Below are positions 36,009 through 55,265 of a stretch of DNA of 64,000 nucleotides, piece by piece. The position numbers were made by a program, and so were the translations under genes. Numbering within the stretch: the stretch's first letter is position 1; every line of letters starts with the position of its first letter. The notes under the pieces are model-generated. The model searched no databases. It was not told the DNA's origin and worked only from the letters and a program-made list of their open reading frames with translations. The stretch comes from the human T2T-CHM13v2.0 reference genome, Homo sapiens, in NCBI RefSeq assembly GCF_009914755.1, contig NC_060933.1. One strand, 5' to 3'.

Positions 36009-36432
36009 GTAGCTGTGATTTTTTTCTTAAATAAGAAATTAAGTGCTGGCAAGGACATGAAGAAATTAGAAGCCTTGCACACTGTTGGTAGGAATGTAAA
36101 ATGGTGCAGCCCCTATGGAAAACGGTTTGGCAGGTACTCAAAAAATTAAAAATAGAATTACTCCATGACCCAGCAATTCCACTTTTGGCTATCTATTCAA
36201 AAGAAACAACAGCAGGGACTTGAACAGATTTTTATATACCCAAATTCACAGAATTCTCTCACAACAGCCAAACCGTAGAAGCAACCCAAGTGTTCAACTT
36301 ATGAATGTTTAAACAAAATATGGTACATGTATACAATGGAATATCATTCAACCTTAAAAAAAAAAAGGAGACTGACTGTCACAACATGGATGAACATTAA
36401 GGACGTTGTAGTAAGTGAAATAAGCCAGTCAC

Positions 36433-36747
<315 letters not shown>

Positions 36748-37598
36748 TCAAATATGGCATAATTTCACTTATATGAGGTACCCACAGTAATTAAATTCAT
36801 AGACAGTAAGTAGAATAGTGACTACCAGGGGCTAGGGAGTTATTGCTTAATGGGCACAGAGTTCAGTTTGGGATGATGAAAAAATTCTAGAGACAGACAG
36901 TGGTAATGAGTACACAACAATGTGAATGTACTTAATGCTATTGAACTGAAACTTTAAAAACTATGTTATGCATATAAACTAAAATAAAAATAAGTAACTC
37001 AAACTACATCATGCATTAAAAATAAAATGCAAAACTATTAGCTTCTAGAGGATTATTAGGAGAAAATATAAGTGAACTTGGTCACATGGTTTCAAGATGA
37101 GTCTGTAGGTACAAGACTAAAGTCATGCCACATGCAAGAAAAAGTTGATATATTGGACTTCACTAAAATTAAAAACCTCTGCTCTGCAAAAGACACTGGT
37201 AAGTGAATGAAAAGATAAGCCACAGATTGGAAGAAAGTATCTGCAACAATCTTATCTGATAAAGAACTTAAGAACATAGAAAGCGCCCTTACAAGTCACT
37301 AATACAACAAACCAATTAAAAAATGGGCAAATGATCTGAGAAAAGGGAGAGATGGAGAGTGACATTAATGGATAGATATAGGGACTCTTTTTGGGGAGAT
37401 GAAAATGTTCTAGAATTAGATAGTGATAGTTCTACAACACCGTGAATATATATTAAAAAACCAAACTGTATACTTTTAAAATGATGAACTGTATGGTACG
37501 TGAATGTATCTCAATTTTTAAAATGCAATAGAGAGAAAAGAGAGCAGAGATTCTTTTTCTGCCTCTGGAATACTTTAACTGTATGTGAAGCCTAGAAC

Positions 37599-38145
37599 TG
37601 TCAGAGGCATGTGAACCAGAGCGACTCCATCTTGAATAGGAGCTGGGTAAATGAGACTGAAACCTACTGGGCTGTATTCCCAGACAGTTAAGGAATTCTA
37701 ACTCAAAGGATGAAGATAGGGAGGACAAGATACAGGTCATAAAGACCTTGCTGATAAAGCAGGTTACAGTAAAGAAGCTGGCTAAAACCCACCAAAAACA
37801 AGACAGAAATGAGAGTGATCTCTGGTCATCGTCACTGCTATACTCCCACCAGTGCCATGACAGTTTACAAATGTCATGGCAACGTCAGGAAGTTACCCTA
37901 TAGGTCTAAAAAGGGGAGGCATGAATAATCCACCCCTTGTTTAGCATATAATCAAGAAATAGCCATAAAAATGGGCACCAGCAGCCCTCGGGGCTGCTCT
38001 GTCTATGGAGTAGCCATTCTTTTGTTCCTCTACTTTCCTAATAAACTTGCTTTCACTTTAGGGACTTGCCCTGAATTCTTTCTTGTTCGAGGTCTATCCA
38101 GGAATCCTCTCTTGGAGTCTGGATTGGGACCCCTTTCCTGTAACT
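37599..38145 (+). mobile_element. MER41A solo LTR (ERV1), inserted in an older MLT1-like element
   Basis: TGTCAGAGGCATGTGAACCAGAGCGACTCCATCTTGAATAGG...AATAAACTTGCTTTCACTTT...GGACCCCTTTCCTGTAAC; 4-bp TSD GAAC at 37595-37598 and 38146-38149. Confidence 0.9.
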
Positions 38146-38391
38146 GAACTATGGCAGCCATCTTGAGACCATGAGAGCCAGACAAATCAACACACCGAAG
38201 ATGGAAAGAACCTGGTCCTTGACGCAAAATCAAGGACCAATCCTGGAACTGTCTTTCCATCAGATTTCTTGTTAAATGAGGTAATAAATCCCGATCGTCA
38301 ACAAGAAAAAGGGGGAGGGGTGACAGGACCGCAACAGTCTCCTCAAAGATGATATACAGATGGCAAATATGCCTATAAAAAGATGTTCATT

Positions 38392-38784
38392 GCTGGGCGC
38401 AGTGGCTCACGCCTGTAATCCCAGGACTTTGGGAGGCCCAGGTCTTGATCACCTGAGGTCAGGAGTTCAAGACCAGCCTGGCCAACACAGTGAAACCCCA
38501 TCTCTACTAAAAATACAAAAAAATTTGCTGGTTGTGGTGGCGGACGCCTGTAATCCCAGCTACTTGGGAGGCTGAGGCAGGAGAAAATGCTTGAAATTGG
38601 AAGGCGGAGGTTGCAGTGAGCCAAGATCACGCCACTGCACTCCACCCTGGGTGACAGAGTGAGACTCTGTTTCAAAAACAACAACAAAAAAATTAGCCTG
38701 TGTTTGAGGGTCCTCTTTTCTATTGCAGTTGACCCCACATGAAAGAGCGAAACTCCGTCTCAAAAAAAAAAAAAAAAAAAAAAG
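38392..38784 (+). mobile_element. Composite Alu: dimer plus a third-arm remnant containing about 42 bp of non-Alu filler
   Basis: TSD AAAAAGATGTTCATT at 38377-38391 and 38785-38799 encloses the whole unit. Confidence 0.85.
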
Positions 38785-39401
38785 AAAAAGATGTTCATTA
38801 TGTGTCACTGTCATTTTAAAATGCAAATTAAAACAACAAGAGTGTTAGAATGATGGATCTGAAATGCATATTGCTAAATGAAAGAAGCAAGTCTGAAAGG
38901 CTACAAACTGTAAGATACCATTTAAAGGGCATTCCGGAAAAAGCAAACCTATAGATAGTACCAGATCAGTGGTAGCTGGAGTTGGAGGGTAGGGTTAAAT
39001 GGATGAAGCAGAGGACACTTTCAGGTAGTAAAATTGTTCTGTATGATATTTTAATGATAGGTAAACGGCACCACGCATTTTTCAAAACCAGCAGAACTTC
39101 AGAGAACAAGAGTGAGCCTCAGTACATGTTAACTTTTAGAAAACATTTCAGAGGTGGAGAATCCCAGGATGGAATGCAGAATGTAGCAAAAGAATCTAAT
39201 TGCAGTACAAACACATGAAACAACCTCACTAAAGGGGGTATGGGGAAAGGCAGTGATCCAAGTAACTCTGGGAAATAGTGGAGTCTTTTTTTTTTTTTTT
39301 TTTTTTCATTTGGAAGCTGGAATTTTATCATAGGCAACAAATATTATCAGTTGTTTTTTTTTTTTCCTTTAAGACTGGAGGCAAAAAAAGTTGCGCATAA
39401 A

Positions 39402-40174
<773 letters not shown>

Positions 40175-40678
40175 TAAACACTGTTATGCTATAGTTGAAA
40201 GTTGTACCCCATGGAAATAAAGATTAACAATTCTGGAACCATGTATGCTGTGATTGACCAATTAAATAAACTGGATGGCAGATGGTGGGAGCCAGGTTTC
40301 TCACTGCTGGAGTGGAAGGTTACAAATAAACAAGAGAAGGAAGCAAGAATGATCCATGTAATCATGGATTAGAGTTGGGCACATCATTATGAACTCATTT
40401 TTAACTTCATATAGATACAGATGGTCACAAATGGAAATACTTACAAATGTGTGTATTATATACACCTGTTTCCTCACTGTATCAGCTGAAAGAGCCTGAA
40501 AGAAACTACACCCTAGAAACTCAACAGCAATAAGCGTATCTAGTGTGACACATCTTGGTTTCAAATGCCATTCTCAAATAAAAGAAACCAGGGCTCCTTG
40601 GAGAAACAGCTAATTCTGGGACTAGAGTGGGAAATATGTAAGAGGAGCGTGGAGTATCTTGTAATCCCAGAATATAAG

Positions 40679-41645
<967 letters not shown>

Positions 41646-42828
41646 TAAGTGTTTTAAAAAAAAAACAAAGATAGGGTTATATATGTCAAAGCACTCCCAA
41701 TGGCCAAAGCTAGAACAATTTGAACAAGAAAATAAAGCAATATTGGATTTGGGGATAATCCAAAGTACAAAATAAATATCTATGAGTTCATACTGATAAA
41801 ATGATTAAATAGAAAAGAACAAGCAAATCTCCCATGCAGAGGAATTCCAAATAATTTATGCAGACACTCTGCCCCCAAGTAGGTGGAATATAACTACTCA
41901 TTCTGAAAGTGTGGGCTGCACATAGTGACTTCCTTCCAAAGTGTACAGTATAGAAACGGGTAAAAGAGCAACTTTACAGTGGAGAAATATGATAAACAGT
42001 ATCTCAGCCAGGTGATCAAGCTTAACATCAACAGTGGCACATACTGTTGATATGATATAATGAAAATGGTACTTCATCTCTATGGGCTTCTTCCCAAACA
42101 CCCATAATTCCACTCTAATCATGAGAAAAACATCAAGATTAATCTCAATTGAGAGACATTCTACAAAACACCTGATGAGTCCTCCTCAAGACTGTCCAGG
42201 ACATCAGAAACAAGGAGCGCCTAGGAAACTGTCACAGTCCACAGGAGCCCAAGAAGACACAACAACTAAATGTAATGTAGTAGCATGAGATACTGGAACA
42301 GAAAAAGAACATTCAGTAAAATACAAGAAATCTCAGTAAAGTATGTATGGACTTTAGGGTTTTTTTCTTTGGCAGTGGATTTTTTTTTTCTTTTTTTTTC
42401 CAAACACTCTCCCAAGTAGCTGGGACTACAGGCACACACCACCATGCCTGGTAATTTTTGCTTGTTTGAAGAGCGATGCCCAAGCTAGTCTTGAACTCCT
42501 GGTCTCAAGTGATCCTCTGGCCTCACCGTCCCAAAGTAGTGGGATTACAGGTGTGAGCCACCATGCCTGGCTGCTTTTAGCTGATAATAGTGCATGGACA
42601 TTGGCTCATTAATTTTGACAAATGTACCATGCCAATGTAAAATGTTAATAATAAGGGAATATGGGTATGGAGTATAGGAAAACTCTATGCTATCTGCAAT
42701 TTTTCTGTGGATATAAAACTATTCTATAAAAAAGTTTTATTTTAAAAAATAAATGGACAAGAATATAAAAACATCCTGAAGGAGAAAAAGAAAGGGACAG
42801 AGGAAAAATTAGTACTATTAAATGTTAG

Positions 42829-43125
<297 letters not shown>

Positions 43126-43136
43126 ATACATTAGAG

Positions 43137-43348
43137 CAGGGGTTAGCTAACTACAGCCCACAGTCCAAATCTAGTCCACTGCTTATTTTTTATAAAGTTT
43201 CACTGATACTTAGCAATGCTCGTTCATTTACATATTGTCTGTCTATGGCTGCTTTTGTGCTATACTGGCATAGCTGAGTAACATATGGCCAAAAAAACCC
43301 TATAACATTTATTACCAGGTCCTTTACAAAAAAAAGTTTGCCAACCCC
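43137..43348. mobile_element. MER58A (hAT-Charlie MITE)
   Basis: TIRs caggggttagctaact / agtttgccaacccc. Confidence 0.85.
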
Positions 43349-43355
43349 ACCCCAC

Positions 43356-43665
43356 TTTGTTTTCATTTTACTTTAATTTTTTGGAGACAGAGTCTCCCCA
43401 TCTGTTGCCCAGGCTGGAGTGCAATGGTGCAATCTCACCTCACTGCAACCTCCGCCTCCCGGGTTCAAGACATTTTCATGCCTCAGCCTTCCCAGTAGCT
43501 GAAACTACAGGTGCGTGCCACCACAGCTGGCTAATTTTTGTATTTTAGTAGAGATGGGGTTTCAGTATTTTGCCTAGGCTGGTCTCAAACTCCTGAGCTC
43601 AGGCAATCCGTCTGCCTCGGCCTCCCAAAATGCTAGGATTACAGGTGTGAGCCACTGCGCCTGGC
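43356..43665 (-). mobile_element. AluS (Sz-like)
   Basis: Full dimer. Confidence 0.9.
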
Positions 43666-44628
43666 GCCAACTCCACTTTGAATAAATAGAACCCAATGCA
43701 GAGTTCACAAATACCAATTATATGGGTATATCACAAATATACTCATATAATTTATTATCTGAGCAGCTGCTGATATCCCATGACTTGCCTGAGCAGAGGC
43801 AGGTACTTCACTGCCATATCCCTATAGCTTCTTTTCCATTTAGCACACATCCTCCTCCTATAATACACAACTCTTTCAAAGACAGGCTCTAGTAATATTT
43901 CTCTAAACGTATCCTGAACTCAGAGATAACAGACATTTGTTGTGGCAGAAAAGGCTGGCTTCCTACACTGCCCACTCCTCAGCTACTCAGGAGGCTGAGG
44001 AGGATCGCTTGCTAACATCTTCTCAGTTTTGTTCATGTTCCATTAACTGCATGCTTAAGCTGACCATGGTCACCATCTTGAGACTGCAGGCCAGAGAGCT
44101 CACTAGGTCCTGGAGATGAATCTAATTCAACCATAATAATTCCATGATTTAAGACAGGAATGAGCTACATGGCCCAACTGTGGTCAATGAGATATAAGGG
44201 AAGACATGTGGGAGGGCTTGTGAACGGCTTTTCACTCTCTAAGGGACGCATAACAAAACAGTTTACTTCCAATTTGGGGGCACTGCTGTGTAATGATATG
44301 CTACAGTTGCTCAGTCATCTTGAGACCACAAGGGGTCAATCCTGAAGATCAAAAGCCAGCACACTGGGGAGAGCAAATAAGAATATAATGAGTCCAGGTC
44401 CTCAGCAATATCATTAAGCTGCTGTGCTAAGCACTCTATTCCTGGAGTTCTTATGTGCAATAATAAATCCCCTTATTATCAAATACATCATGTATAGGCA
44501 TTTTGCACAATGCTAACTTATTTAAAATGAAATATTCAAGTTTTATTTTTATGAGCAAGTTAAGAAATCAAGAATATAACTGTCTAAACTGTTGACTCTA
44601 CTGTACTTCTAAACAACAAAAAAAATTA

Positions 44629-45087
<459 letters not shown>

Positions 45088-45168
45088 TCACATATTTGCT
45101 ATTTTTTGCCTATATCACTTATAGCTATCTGGTTAGTAAAATGTTCCATCTAAAAAATTACTTATCTG

Positions 45169-45449
45169 GGCCAGACACAGTGGCTCACACCTGTAATCCC
45201 AGCACTTTGGGAGGCAAAGGAGCTCAGGACTTCAAGACCAGCCTCGGAAATGTAGTAAAACCCCATCTCTACTAAAAATACAAAAATTAGCTGGGCCTGG
45301 TGGCACATGCCTGTGGTCCCAGCTATTCAGGAGGCTGAGGTGAGAGGAACACTTGAGCCTGGGAGGTGGAGACTGCAGTGAGCCGAAATCCTGCCACCAC
45401 ACGCTAACCTGGGTGACAGAGCGAGACTTCATCTTGAAAAAAAAAAAAA
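45169..45449 (+). mobile_element. AluJb-like
   Basis: Dimer with a left-arm deletion; TSD-like AAAAAATT..TTATCTG. Confidence 0.88.
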
Positions 45450-46129
45450 TTCTTTATCTGAAAGTTTTTACATAAACATAAGGATGTAGAAGATGAACCA
45501 TTTTAAAAACCAAACAAATGACTATATACTTGAAGACTTTGCAATTTCTCCCCCTACCTAATAATAATATTGGAATACAAGCAGAAAAAAGAATTTTACT
45601 GGTTATCTCTCCAGATAAAATAACTTTTCTATAAAAATTATAAAAATTTTCTCAGCACTGTATTAAATGGTTGAATAAATGGCATGCCTATCTCATTGGA
45701 CAGACCAAGCAGCATTCATTAAATATTTACAAAATAACTGCTTTTCACAACTTTTCAAACAATTTATTAACCACAACCCAAATTAATGCAAACTAAGAGG
45801 CCAAGAACTGTTTTTGTAAATATTCTTATCTCTACCAAGATTTTTTTTTATTTTTTTGTGGGTACATAGTAGGTGTATATGTCCAACATTCTATAAGAGT
45901 GAAAATACTCAACTCCAAACGATTCATTCACTCAACAAACATTTGTTAACCTTGACTATACCAGCTAGGTGTTGGGGACAATGGTGAGAAACAGGATACA
46001 GTCCTTGCTCTCATTTCACGGAATGTAAAATTATAAATGGAAATATACGCTCTGAAGGAAAAGGACAGAGGTTATTGAGTATATTACAAAGACCCCTGAG
46101 CAATATCTGGGCAAAAAGTATAATTATCC

Positions 46130-46380
46130 TATAACAGCAGCAACAATAGCAGCAACAGATATTATGCGGGGCCCTAACCAAAGCACATTATATATACATA
46201 CCTTCATTTTATCCTCACTACAACCTTTGAGATAGGAACTATTATTATCCCGATTTCATAGATGACAAACTCAGATGCAGAGAATTTAAGCAACTTTCCC
46301 AACTCACATAGTAAGTGCATGAACTGGTATTCCACCAAGATAGTCACACACCTCCAGAGTATGTGCTACTAACCACTGTA
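46130..46380 (-). mobile_element. MIR
   Basis: tcctcactacaacctttgagatagg...attatcccgatttcatagatgacaaactcag MIR core. Confidence 0.8.
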
Positions 46381-47110
46381 ATACATTACTTTTCTTATAC
46401 AGCCCAAATGTTTCCACAAATAGAATCAGTACATACATATGGCAGCCAGCCTGCATTGCAGCAACCTGAGTAAGTGACAGGAGTCAAATGTAGCTAGTTC
46501 CTCAGGCAAAGCAAAGCGTAGACCTTCACTTGACCACTAACCCTGTTCCCCACACTAAGGAGTTCTAACCTGCTACTGTGTACTTGAGCAAAAGGGCAGT
46601 CTCTACCAACCCCTTCGCCTACTTTCTCAATATGACCCAAAAAGTTCAGATGAACTAGGCACCTGGCTTTTCTCAATCAATCAGGTCATCTGCTGTCCAT
46701 CAAAAAAAGATAAGGTTGGAAGCTGTTCCCACACATGATGGCCAACTCAAAGATCACAATACACAGTAAATATCAGCAACTTGAAAGCAAAAGGAGATAG
46801 ACTGTCATTTCCCCTGGACATGCAGTGTCATGGCTGTTCCTCCTCCTTGGCTCTGCCTGCTTTCTAATTCCACATGGATGGCCAAGAAGAGTTCAGAGGT
46901 TAATGGACAGACAAGATAACCACCTCAGTAAGAGAATTAATCACTAGCTTTTCATGAGATAATTTTTAGAAGGGGGTGGTAGCAGCATGTTATTAGTCCC
47001 AGACACAAAATGTGACCATTCCTATAAAGTAAAATCTAGATAAGATGCCTTAATTGGGAGGAAATACTAAAGATGATCATTGTGTAATCTTAACTTAAAA
47101 TTGCTTTTAA

Positions 47111-47399
<289 letters not shown>

Positions 47400-47849
47400 T
47401 TAAATACAAAGAAAATACCCCCACTACACTGCAATCTTTCAGTTCAACTGAAGATCTTGGGACAGATATCACACATTTAACAACAGCTATAATCTTCCTC
47501 AAAGGCAGTCTAAGGAGTCATGAGAAGTCAGGGTGGAGCCACAGTTAAGAGAAGGTACAAGGCATGTATAGTCTGAATGCTGAAAATAGGAAGCCCACCA
47601 CTAGGAAGGATCAAGAACAAGTATCAATAATAAGGATGAACAGCATGTATCACGAGAGCAAAATATCAGAAATGTCAGCATTCCCAAGAGTTTCTTTAGA
47701 GTATCACTTCTCCCACCCCTCAATCTCCTGCTCTCTTTCAATCTTATGGGCTCAGTTGACACTACAACTTTGATACAAATAACCAGTGTCTCTACCTCCA
47801 ACATCTCTCCCTGATTCCTCTCTCTAGATTTTCTCACCATCCAGCCTCA

Positions 47850-48295
<446 letters not shown>

Positions 48296-48507
48296 AAAAT
48301 ATTTTTTAAAGAGTTCACATCCAAGTGCAGTTAGCACTCTCAAAATCAACAAAACCAAAAGAAAACTAATCATAGTAATTAATTTCTCCTCCTGACTTCT
48401 CTAGTGATAGTACTGTACTGATTTTTTACCTGATTACATTTTCTCATTCCCCAAAATTCAATCTGCTTCTAGCTCCTCTACTAGTTCCTTAACATCTCTC
48501 ACATTAA

Positions 48508-48800
<293 letters not shown>

Positions 48801-49667
48801 AATCTTTTTCCACTAGGTCAAGACCCTGGTCCAGAAGCTCTTTTCTCCCAAGGTTTTGCCTCCTTATCAATCACTTAACTCTTGTGTCTCTCCACACTCA
48901 GGCACTGCATCAGATAAATCTTCCTGAAGAACAATCATGAGCATAGTTTCTCATTGTTCCCATGATCAAACTTGTCTAAACTTGTGAAGAAAGGAAGTAA
49001 TAAGCTATGCATAGTTACACAGGCAGCCTTTGAATTGAGGTACTCCTAATTCCTAGAGACCGTGCTCTTCATCAACCAGCCTTGCATGTATCAGTACTAC
49101 CCGACACTTTCCAGCCACTATCAAAAAAAGTTGTTTCATGGTCTGTGACATAAAGGAGAAGGAAAGAAAAGAAATTTAACAAAGTATTACATATTTCAAA
49201 ACATAAATGTTCAGGCATGTCTACATTAGACAAAAATCAAAGCAGTCACATGTGCACATCCATATATGGGATCAACATGTGTCCTCAGGCACGCATATCA
49301 TACTGGGTAGCCCGTTCTTTCATCTTCCTAAGCTGAGCTCACTAATCCTCCCCCAATAAGATTAAAAATGAATGGACTGTCTTGATGCAGCTTCAACTAT
49401 CATCTCCAAACAAAAAATGCTCACAAACATATCCCTCTCTAAATGACGTCTCAGCTACTTTTACCGACTAGAAAATAATGACTTAGATGTCCTGGCAACA
49501 CCTTCAATTCAACATATGAAAAGCACCTTACTCTACAAACAGCCTTTCCTTCCAACCATTCCAATTTCTATTCATGGATCCTGGTTACAGGGTTAGTCTG
49601 TATGACACTTTCCATTATGCCTGTTTCCCTTATGAGCGGGGTAAACATTTATCACACAAACGAGAAC

Positions 49668-50757
<1,090 letters not shown>

Positions 50758-53700
50758 CTATTAATAGCTTCCTGTCTTTAACCAATTTTCTGGCCTTTAG
50801 TGCTCTCATACATATACTGAGAAAACTAGGACTGGCGTCTAAGGCCCCTTATAGCCTCTAGTGCATATATATCTGAAAGCAGGATCAACTCACACAAAAG
50901 GGGGATCCTTAGACAGGCAATGAGGAAGGACGGAAGATAGGTCAGAAAACAAGAAAGAGCTTGAGGCAACCCAAACACTCAGGACCAGGAAGTCTGTGAG
51001 GCAACGGTGTGTCTAACTTCCAGTAGTCATGTATCCTTTCCACTGGTCTTTTTATTTTTTTTCTTTTGGCTTTGTAACTCATACATGTTTAGTAGAAAAC
51101 GTATAAATGAAAATAAAGAAACAGGCAAGAAATTATATTAAAATCAACAAAAATCTCAATATCAGCAATGATCACTAGTGTTTTAAAGTTTGGTATAAAC
51201 CCTTCCAGACATTTTTCCATGCAAATATATAAATGTATTTTTAATGTGATAAAAGTTGTGTAGCCGATTTACATAAAAATAAATTCACCATATTCATATC
51301 AATAGGCATATAGTCATTTCATCACTTTTAACGGCAGCTTAGTACTCCACCTAATGTATGTGCCACAACTGTTTCACCAAGTCCCTTTTAAATTACAATC
51401 TTTCATGAATATATACAATTAGTACATACATATTTTACAAATATACCTCTGTGGTCTTGTCCCAATAGTGCCTTACAGTAAGTTCCTTGAAGAGTGACTG
51501 CCAGGTCAATGGGTATGGGCTTTTTTTTAGTGTACATTAACTGGCCTCCATAAGCTTCCCACCCAAGGAGTATATAACAAAAGAATGGTAATTTAAGAAC
51601 TGAAGATTTCTCCAAAGCAGTATTCAAGATGCCTAAAGCTAAAAATAATCTTCACATTTCACCACACAACATTTTATGACTCTTTTTTCATGACCCATGA
51701 TACTCACATGTATCTGGCTGACTAATAATTTAAAATATAAAGCCACTATTTTTCTTCAGGGAACATATTACCATGCTACAGATCTTAAATGAAGTTTCTG
51801 TACTTCTATTGCATCACAGTATAAAGAGATATTCTACATTACGTGCAAAAGATACTTTCATTAATTACTTAAGTACTTCAAAGATCTATGCACAAAGAAC
51901 TACTAATATATAAAATTCATACTTTTGCTATTTTTAAATTGAAGCAATTAGTCAGATGAATAGTAATTACCAAGAAGCACATTATCCACAGAATTTTAAG
52001 TTTTTCTTCAGATCTCCTCGTGGCTTGACCTAATTTAACAATAGACAATGTAGAGCAGGGGAGCTATTTAGGCACGGAGTGACTACATGACAATGCCTAA
52101 CTCTGTGACAGTACACAAATGACAACAAAAAACAATGCTCAGACAACTCAGGAGTCTTCTTCCTACCTCTACTCTTGAATACGAAAAACAAAATTGCCTA
52201 TATAGGCAACATAAGGAACTAAGCTGTCAAATAAAAATTAGATTTGAGAACAGAGATGAGGAAAGTCCCAGCTCCATTGTTCAGTCAGCCTGGTCACTTT
52301 CAGCAAGTCAATTTATCTCCATGCACTGATGTTTCTCACCATTAAATCATGCACTGCTCTATCACCTACTTCAAAACTATCATGAGAATTGATGAGTCAT
52401 AGTCAATAAAAGAGTATCACATTCCTTAGAACATTCATTAGAATATTCATGAATTCTAAAAAAAAAAATAGCAAAACCAGGTGAGATACACTCAATTAAG
52501 AAGATTAAATTTAAAAGGCAGGAAAACATCCAGGTTTTTAGGTGCTTAGTTATTCTGCCTCATTGGAAAGGTCTAATACTGTATATAAACAATATTAATA
52601 TGATTTCTAGTAGAACAGTACATTTCAAAAGAAGTAAGTGCAGAAAGGGACGTGGGAAGCATAGGAAAATGAAGATGGTGAGGGAAAAAACTTTTTTACA
52701 TCATACATAGTGCCTTTCCTAGGAAGTGCCCCTTCCCACCCACCTTAATGAATGTCACAGTAGACATGAGAGTGTTCTCCACAAAAATATTAAAAGGATG
52801 GCCCAGGGCTGATGCGAAAGGAAAGAAAAGGTAGAAAACCACCGAATATGGGGCAAAATAGTAATATTCATATTGAAATACTGATTTTGTAAGAGGAAGA
52901 AACTTTTAAGCCAGAGAGAAGACAACTGTTAATGTAAAATTAATATAAATGGATAGTAGAAAAAAAAGTCTGAAAAGCTAAGTTTTTCATCCATCTCAAG
53001 AAAGAGCCACAAAATCAATCTTTAACAAAGTGGAAAAAAAAATAGTTAACAGTAATCAAAATTACCCTTCTGCTTTATACAACCAAGACACACTGGATGC
53101 CAGGCAATGAAGGACAGAGATCCCTGAAAATCAGGAAAGAAAAGATGTGCTGTACTATTATCCCAGCTTACTGCCTGATACAGATTCTAGGCCTCTGCTC
53201 TGGTAGGAAGAACCCAGACAAAGCCTGGAGGACAACTTTCTGAGTTGACATGAAAGTGAGAGCTAATGGAGATCAAGGCAGAACAGAGTAATGGAGGGAA
53301 GAGAGACAGAGGGAAGCCCAGAGATCTGCAGAAGATCCACTTCAAGAATTCAGCAGGGTACTGATAAGCACATGCATGTGACGTAACTATCAAAAACCAG
53401 GGAAAAAACATCTGAACAGTATACAGATCTGGCCAGATGTCACTCTGAGCCTATGCATGTTTCCACCATCTAACCTTAAAAAACTTTTTTCACTCACATA
53501 GTGCTGAGTACAAAATCAGGAAAACCTTGCCTGAGTAGTGGAGAATAATTAGTCCTACAATGAGCACTGCTCCAAATGTGCCTAATAAGATAACTGCAGA
53601 TTAGACAATGCAGAAAAACGATACAAACACATGATATGTTCTATACATACATGCAATTAAGAAAGTGATTTCATTTATAACAGCATCTAAAAGAAAAAAA

Positions 53701-54765
53701 AATACCTAAAAATAAATTTAACCCAGGAGGTGAAAGACTCATACACTGAAAACTACAAATCGTTACCGAAAACAAATTTCACCTAAATAAAGACATTTAT
53801 GTCCACAGGAAGGAAGACTTACTATCACTAAGCTATCAATACTATTCAATGTGATTTACAGATTCAATACAATCCCTATCAAATTCCCAAAGACTTTCCT
53901 GCAGAAATGGAAAAGCCCAGGAGTTTAAGATTACAGTGAGCCATGACTACACCACTGCACCCCAGCCTGGGCAACACAGCAAGACCTTCTCTCAAAAAAA
54001 TAAGTAAAGAAAAACAAGGAGGTCCTTATTCAGAATTCAGGATCACCTCAAATTCATATGGAATTGCAAAGAACACCAAACAGCCAAAACAGTCTTGAAA
54101 AATTACAAAATTGGAAAACACACACTTCCTGATTTCAAAACTACAAAGCTACAGTGATCAAAACAGTGTGGGACTTGCTTAAAGATAGACATACACCAAT
54201 GGAACAGAATGGAAACTCCAGAAATAAGCCATGTATGGCCAACTGATTTTGAGCAAGGGTGCCATAAAAGAATGGTCTCTTGAACAAATGCTGTTAGAGC
54301 AACTAATTTTTGGCATGTGAAAGAGTAAAGCTGGACCCCTACTTCACACCATATATTAAAATTAACTCAAAGGGATTAATGGCCTACACATAAGAGCTAA
54401 AAACATAAAAGAGATAAATCTTGGATTTGGTAATAGATTCTTATATATGACACTAAAAATACTAGAAAAGAGAGAGAGAGAAGTTGGGCTTTCTCAAACC
54501 ACAAACTTTTAAAATGAACCAAAGACCTATCATTAGGCTTAAAACTATAAAACTTAGAAGAAAACACAGGGCAAAAGCTTCATAGTATGAATTTGGCAAT
54601 GACTTCTTGGATATGACAACAAAAACCCAGGCAACAAAGTCAAAATAGATACACTGGACTTTATCAGAATTTAAAACTTATGTGCATCAAAGGACGCAAT
54701 CAGCAGAGTCAAAAGGTAACCTACGGAATGGGAGAAAATTTGCAAATCAACTACCTGCAAGGGAG

Positions 54766-55173
54766 TGTCTCAGTCTATTTTGTGCTGCTATAATAGAATA
54801 CCACAGACTGAGTAATTTATAATGAAATGAAATTTACTGGCTCACAGTTCTGGAGGAGGAGAAGTTCAAGAGAGAGGGAACAGCATCTGGCCAGTGCCTT
54901 CTCACTGCGTTATCCCAAGGGAGAAGGCAGAAAGACAAAAAAGAGACAAAGGGGAGCCAAACTCATTATTTTATAAGGAACCTACTACCAGGATAACAAA
55001 ACTCACTGCATTAATCCATTAATTAAGGGCAGGGCCCTCACAGCCTAATCACTTCTTAAAGTTCCCACTATTTTTTTTTTTTTAACCATTTTCTTCAATA
55101 GCCCTGACAGTCCCACCTCTTAATACTATTACAATGGCAATTAAGTTTCAAAGTGAGACATTCCCACCATAGC
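54766..55173 (-). mobile_element. MST-type MaLR solo LTR
   Basis: tgtctcagtctattttgtgctgctataatagaataccacagactg...ccatagca; TSD GGGAG. Confidence 0.85.
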
Positions 55174-55265
55174 AGGGAGTTAATATCCAGAATATATGTA
55201 TAAAGAATTTTACAACTCAACAATAAAACAAAACGCAAATAACCCAATTTAAAAATGGGCAAAGA

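Noticed and set aside
38701-38742. Filler as a mitochondrial insertion (NUMT)
   Set aside because: I do not recognise it as mtDNA, and its origin cannot be assigned without a search.
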